DNA of 64,000 nucleotides from Lama guanicoe. Lineage: Eukaryota. This document shows positions 59,518-64,000 of this stretch, one piece after another. Numbering within the stretch: position 1 is the first letter of the stretch; each line of letters opens with the position of its first letter. Both the position numbers and the translations under genes were made by a program. The stretch covers positions 3,888,303 to 3,952,302 of the forward strand of contig MU053513.1 of assembly GCA_013239625.1 (NCBI GenBank), given 5' to 3'. The notes beneath the pieces were generated by a model. The model saw nothing but the letters and a program-made list of their open reading frames with translations, was not told the origin of the DNA and made no database searches.

Positions 59518-59850
59518 CTGAAAAAAGGACACAAATGAACTTATTTACAAAACAGAGACAGACTCACAGACATAGAGAACAAATTTATGATTACGTGGGG
59601 TAGGTGTGGAGGGGGGCAGCGGGGGATGAATAAATCAGGAGTTCGAGACTTAGAGATACTAACTACTATATGTAAAATAGATAAACAACAAGATCCTACT
59701 GTATAGCACAGGGAGCTGTGCTCAAAACGTTGCAATGGCCTATAATGAGGAAGAATATGAAAAGGAATATATATATATGTATAAATGAATCAGTATGCTG
59801 TACAACAAAAATTAGCACAACATTGTTAATCAACTATACTTCAATTAAAA
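59518..59850 (+). mobile_element. Young 5'-truncated L1 3' end
   Basis: 'aatgaacttatttacaaaacagagacagactcacagacatagagaacaaa...aatcaactatacttcaattaaaa'; perfect 12-bp TSD aaaaactagtat (59506-59517 / 59851-59862). Confidence 0.9.
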
Positions 59851-61319
59851 AAAAACTAGTATGAGAATCTCTGTCTTTAAAGTCATGTTAATCCCATTTA
59901 AATTTATTGTAATCACTATCATATTAGGACCTATTTTTACAGAACATCTTGGTTAATCTGCACTCCACCATGCATCTTCTTTATATTCCCGGGCAGAGGC
60001 AATCCCCTTAGGTTATAATGCCACTTGGATAGGGAGGAAATATAGGAGTGACTCAGGGCCTGTGACCAGTTGGTGGGAATATGGTTTCACTCCAGTGGGA
60101 TTTTTACCCTATCTGGATATTATCCAATGGCAGTGACCTGGAGTGTTGCAGAGTCTTCTGTGATAGGGCAGACAATGACCATCCCCAGATAGAAACAGAA
60201 TTTGAAAGCTTCTTAATGCTGTGACCCGATAGCTTTTGTCCCAGATTGCTGCCACTGTAGACACTGGCTTCCACAGCTTTCTCCCAGGGGTTTCCTCACT
60301 GTTTTTGTATTAGTTATTCCAACCCATGTTTCTCTCAAATCTTCCAGGACTGACTTTGGCGAAAGGAGCTCACACTCTGTGCTGACATACCATTGTTGGG
60401 AAGACACAGATATGTTTTATGTATGGATTCATAAAAGTGGTAGTACAGAGATACTTTGGGAAAAGTTATCATTAAAAACTACTTGAAACTCCCAGACAAG
60501 GTGACCTTGGCAAATCATATGATGGAAATACTATAAAAGCCAAAATACTTCACACCTGCACTCAGTACTTCCTTCAGAACCAAATCAGTCACTCCACAGT
60601 ACTCCCGAGTCTTGTAAGATAGCTTATCATGTTAATTTGGTTAGTTTTCTCATCTTTTCTGTCTCCCTTTAAAGCTATTTCTGCATCCCTTTATTTATGG
60701 TATCCTGTGGCTCAGAAATTTTTTTGAAGCTCGTTCTTGATACCATGTCAATCTCTGCCAACTGTGGGCTGTTCAACTGTTCAAATTCCCAGGTGGTGGG
60801 CTATTTAGCAGGTTGAGATTGCCTTCTCTTACTACCAGCAGGCAGCAGTATTAACAGCATTAATCCTCAAGGCCCGTTCATTTACCCTAATGACACTCCT
60901 GCACTCATGCACTCACATGTGTCAATGGGATGGCATAAAGGGATATCTAGGCTGTCCCTACCTTCTCCATTAAGTAACCCACTTAACCAGAGACAAGAGT
61001 CGTTGTTTCTTTACTGCTTTTCAAGGGAATGACTCTTGCCAGTGTTTCTAGAGAAACTCTTGCTGTCCTTCCTCTTCTGTGATTAAGGGATGGCATTGCC
61101 GGCCACAAATGAGCAGGGATGCAAACATTTCAGGTAAATAAGTTGTGGGGCATAAAGGTTTGTTTTAGAAAGATAATCCTCAGAGGACTGGTTATACTAC
61201 ATCTTAAGAGTGTGTATCAGAGCCTAAATTCCCCATCTTACTTATTCATTTGGTTAAGAGATTAAAAAGCCTGTCTAAATGATATTTCCTTCAAAGGGTA
61301 GAAACATCAAGTGCTTGGT

Positions 61320-61490
61320 GCCATGGATTAAAAACAATGGATTAGGAACTGAGAAACATAGATACTAGTTCAGCTAAATTATTAAGTATCTCTGTGACCT
61401 TGGGAAAATTAGACAACTTCTCTGGGAATCAATTTCCTCATCTGTAAAATACACTTTGAGGTCCTGTTCCTCAAAAACCCAGGATTCTAT
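61320..61490 (+). mobile_element. MIR (MIR3-like) SINE
   Basis: 'tctgtgaccttgggaaaattagacaacttctctgggaatcaatttcctcatctgtaaaat...ggattctatg'. Confidence 0.6.
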
Positions 61491-62900
61491 GGTTACAGTA
61501 TTCCAAGGCATTTTTACCCAAGACCATTTTTGTCCCTAAAAAGAAATGTTAGCAATTTATTGGGGGTCATAAGTGAATGTAGATAAGTTTTCATAAAACA
61601 GTATGAAGAATGAATGTTCCCTAAGTTTGGGGTGGTGGGTGGTCCTGCTGGGGAGAACAGACCCAGGCAAACAGCTGCTCACCAGAATCAGAAGATCTGG
61701 GATGGTGGGGGCACAGGGATTGAAAGGGAGGGTCGTGCCTATAGGAGAGTGAAACACTGCCCCTAACGTGCCTGAGGCCATTCCTGAGTGCCTGAGACAG
61801 AGGAGGATCTTTTGCATGCTCTTTATTTATAGGCAGTGCATAAAACTCCCTACCACAGACTGATGAAGGGCGTACACACATGATCTATAATGTTAGCTTT
61901 TAACTGTAAATCAGCTTTGTTACAGATTGATGGATTCTTTTTAGAAAAGACTTTTCACAGAGACTGCTCATTTGTCACCCCCATCTTACCATTCTATCTC
62001 CACCCCACCCCCCGCTTCACCTAAGGATCACATAGGAGTGAAATAAAGTGGTCTAGACATATTTTTGAGATTGGAACATTTTTTCCAGACTGTGATAGGA
62101 CAGCTCCAAATGCGACACAGCTGGATTTTCCTTGGGTGGCCTGTGGTGCCTCAAATCCGACTCCAACTCTCTAAGGAACCTAAAATTCATGTTTTTCAGG
62201 TCTTTAATTAGGAAGGATAGAGACAATTTTATAACCTTGCTTACATGAAGGAGAAGTAGTCTGAATCTGTAGAGGAATTCTAAGAGGACTTACCTAATGC
62301 TTCTGGCTTTTCAGGACCTAAAATCAGATTTCTGAATTCTCCCATGTTTTCACCTTTGTCATAGCTTAGCTAGGAATAACTCAGAGCAGAACAGTTTAGC
62401 TCTCTGCCTTCCTCAGACTGCAGTGATTGGTAGAGCCATAAATGTCTCCCTGAAATAAATACACATAAAATATAAACAAAAACATGAAAAAATTCATCAT
62501 ACAGTAGGTTTACATTAAAGAATAATTTAGGAGATACAGAATAATATTTGGGAAATATATTAGAGGTGTGAAAAAAGGAAGACACTTTTCAAACTAAGTG
62601 TCTCTGGCACAGCAGAAAAATGCTTGTCCATCATATTTTAAATGACGTAATTAGGTGTTTGCAAGAACATAACTATATACCCCTTTGGGCACCTCAGCCT
62701 CTGGCACAATCGTAAACAGACAAAAATCAATAGCAAATGTACCACAGTTCCTCTAAAATGGAATTTATTTATTTAATTTAGATTCCACTAAGTGAAAATA
62801 ATATTTTAAAATTCCAATCAGTCCCAGAAGGCAGCGGGAGATCTGGGGCCTCCTGCCTAATGATGTAATTAAGCTTAGCTCATCATTATCCAGCCAGACA

Positions 62901-62901
<1 letters not shown>

Positions 62902-62931
<30 letters not shown>
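62902..62931. repeat. (CA)15 microsatellite
   Basis: Read directly. Confidence 0.95.
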
Positions 62932-62933
<2 letters not shown>

Positions 62934-64000
62934 CATGAATTGCAACTTCATTTGGAAGATTAAGCGGTTACTAAATAAATGACGGGGACTTGTGTATGTT
63001 GAGGAACAAAAAGTCTTAAGGGGTTTTTAATTTTTGGACTAGGTATTTGTTGATGTGCTTTTATAGTAGCTGGATGAAGGACAGATATTTTGGTGTGACA
63101 GTACTGGAAATCATTATAGGAGTAAAATAATGTAGTGCTTACTGTCCATTACAAACATATTTACATAAAAATGAAGATTTTAGGTACTTAAAGAGCATGT
63201 ACCTTATCATTTTTCAACTTTTAGTATTTATCTTACAGATCAAGCAGAAAACACTGAGTTTCTTTGGATAGTAGAGATTTAAGTTGCCTGATAGCCATTT
63301 TAAAATCACTCTCAGCCGTGATGAGGAAGTGCTTCTTTCACATATTGTTTTGGTCTATCTTGTAAAGTATGCATGACATAACAGTAAGTCTAATATAAGA
63401 TATTGACCTGTCCTGGGTATGCTGTTGCACAAGGGGGTCGTTTCTCAAATATAATTTAACCTTCCAAACGGAAGTACAACTGAAGAAATTATTTTGAAAA
63501 TAAGGTTTATACTACAAGAAAATAATGTCACTAAGTACCTTGAAACCCATGCACAAGAATGCTCAGACACTAGCCAGCCTCTGCTCTGCAGTTTACCTTG
63601 GCTTCTATCTCAGCACATGTGAGATTTTTTTTTTCAAGCTGTTATTACCTGATGGGAACTTTCACAGTTGGTATTATGTGCACAGTGGCTGATTTTTAAG
63701 GGAGTAGAACATATGGAAAAGGAATTTCTTGCCCAGTTATAAAAAAACTCCTTACTTATATGAGTAAAACTATATTTTATTCCATTGTTAGATGATTTTG
63801 TATCCTAAGAAACCAATTTATTCAGAATAAATAAAGTACTCCCAAATCTATTGCTTTCAGGTGCCTCTAAAATCATTCCTCAGTATTCCTAAGACACCTT
63901 TCTGGCACCAGGGCTGCAAGTGAAGTGACTGGGGAAGTCTTGCAGCCTTGCCAGTGGCAACAACAGCTACACATAGTAGCAAATAGATTGCATCACAGAG

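Larger units (their letters stand above)
55500..59940 (-). mobile_element. Ancient L1 (L1ME-type) ORF2 region, decayed, host to later insertions
   Basis: Reverse-L1 motifs 'taatccatctggaatt', 'ttttgactgaaattgcattgaatttataaattaat', 'tagagaaatgctattgattttt', 'aatttatccatttcattgaggttttcaaattt'. Confidence 0.7.

Noticed and set aside
31..62585. ORF-track entries as protein-coding genes
   Set aside because: All are 137 aa or less, many start at non-ATG codons, most are low-complexity or overlap repeats, and none resembles a cellular protein I recognise. The protein-like ones are L1/HAL1 remnants.

Overview
Mammalian, almost certainly camelid (camel/alpaca/llama), non-coding DNA. Evidence for the taxon: a tRNA-derived SINE resembling camelid Vic-1 at 42266-42377, several young L1 3' ends of artiodactyl/camelid type, and no Alu, B1, Bov-tA, PRE-1 or SINEC elements seen. 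I found no credible protein-coding exon, RNA gene, CpG island or prokaryotic system. The ORF track is noise except for decayed L1/HAL1 ORF1 remnants (about 32.3-32.8 kb, 37.2-37.5 kb, 40.7-41.0 kb). The window is probably the interior of a very long intron, possibly transcribed on the + strand (inference). Much of it is interspersed repeat (MIR, L2, L1M/HAL1, MaLR/ERV solo LTRs, hAT MITEs), separated by repeat-poor unique blocks. Most interesting observations: (1) a perfect 35-bp inverted repeat in unique sequence bracketing about 650 bp (9997-10031 / 10680-10714); (2) a retrocopied mRNA 3'-UTR fragment buried in a stack of nested insertions (17638-18022); (3) an L1 insertion with both a twin-priming 5' inversion and a 3' transduction with its own AATAAA (56438-57437); (4) a SINE with an extra copy of its tail in front of its head; (5) a pre-miRNA-like hairpin (3080-3130); (6) an alternative-pairing hairpin next to a possible conserved element (24.85-25.1 kb); (7) candidate recursive splice sites; (8) a CACC box plus MEF2/TATA module. 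Repeat family names come from remembered consensus sequences, not a database run. Boundaries of old repeats are approximate (tens of bp).
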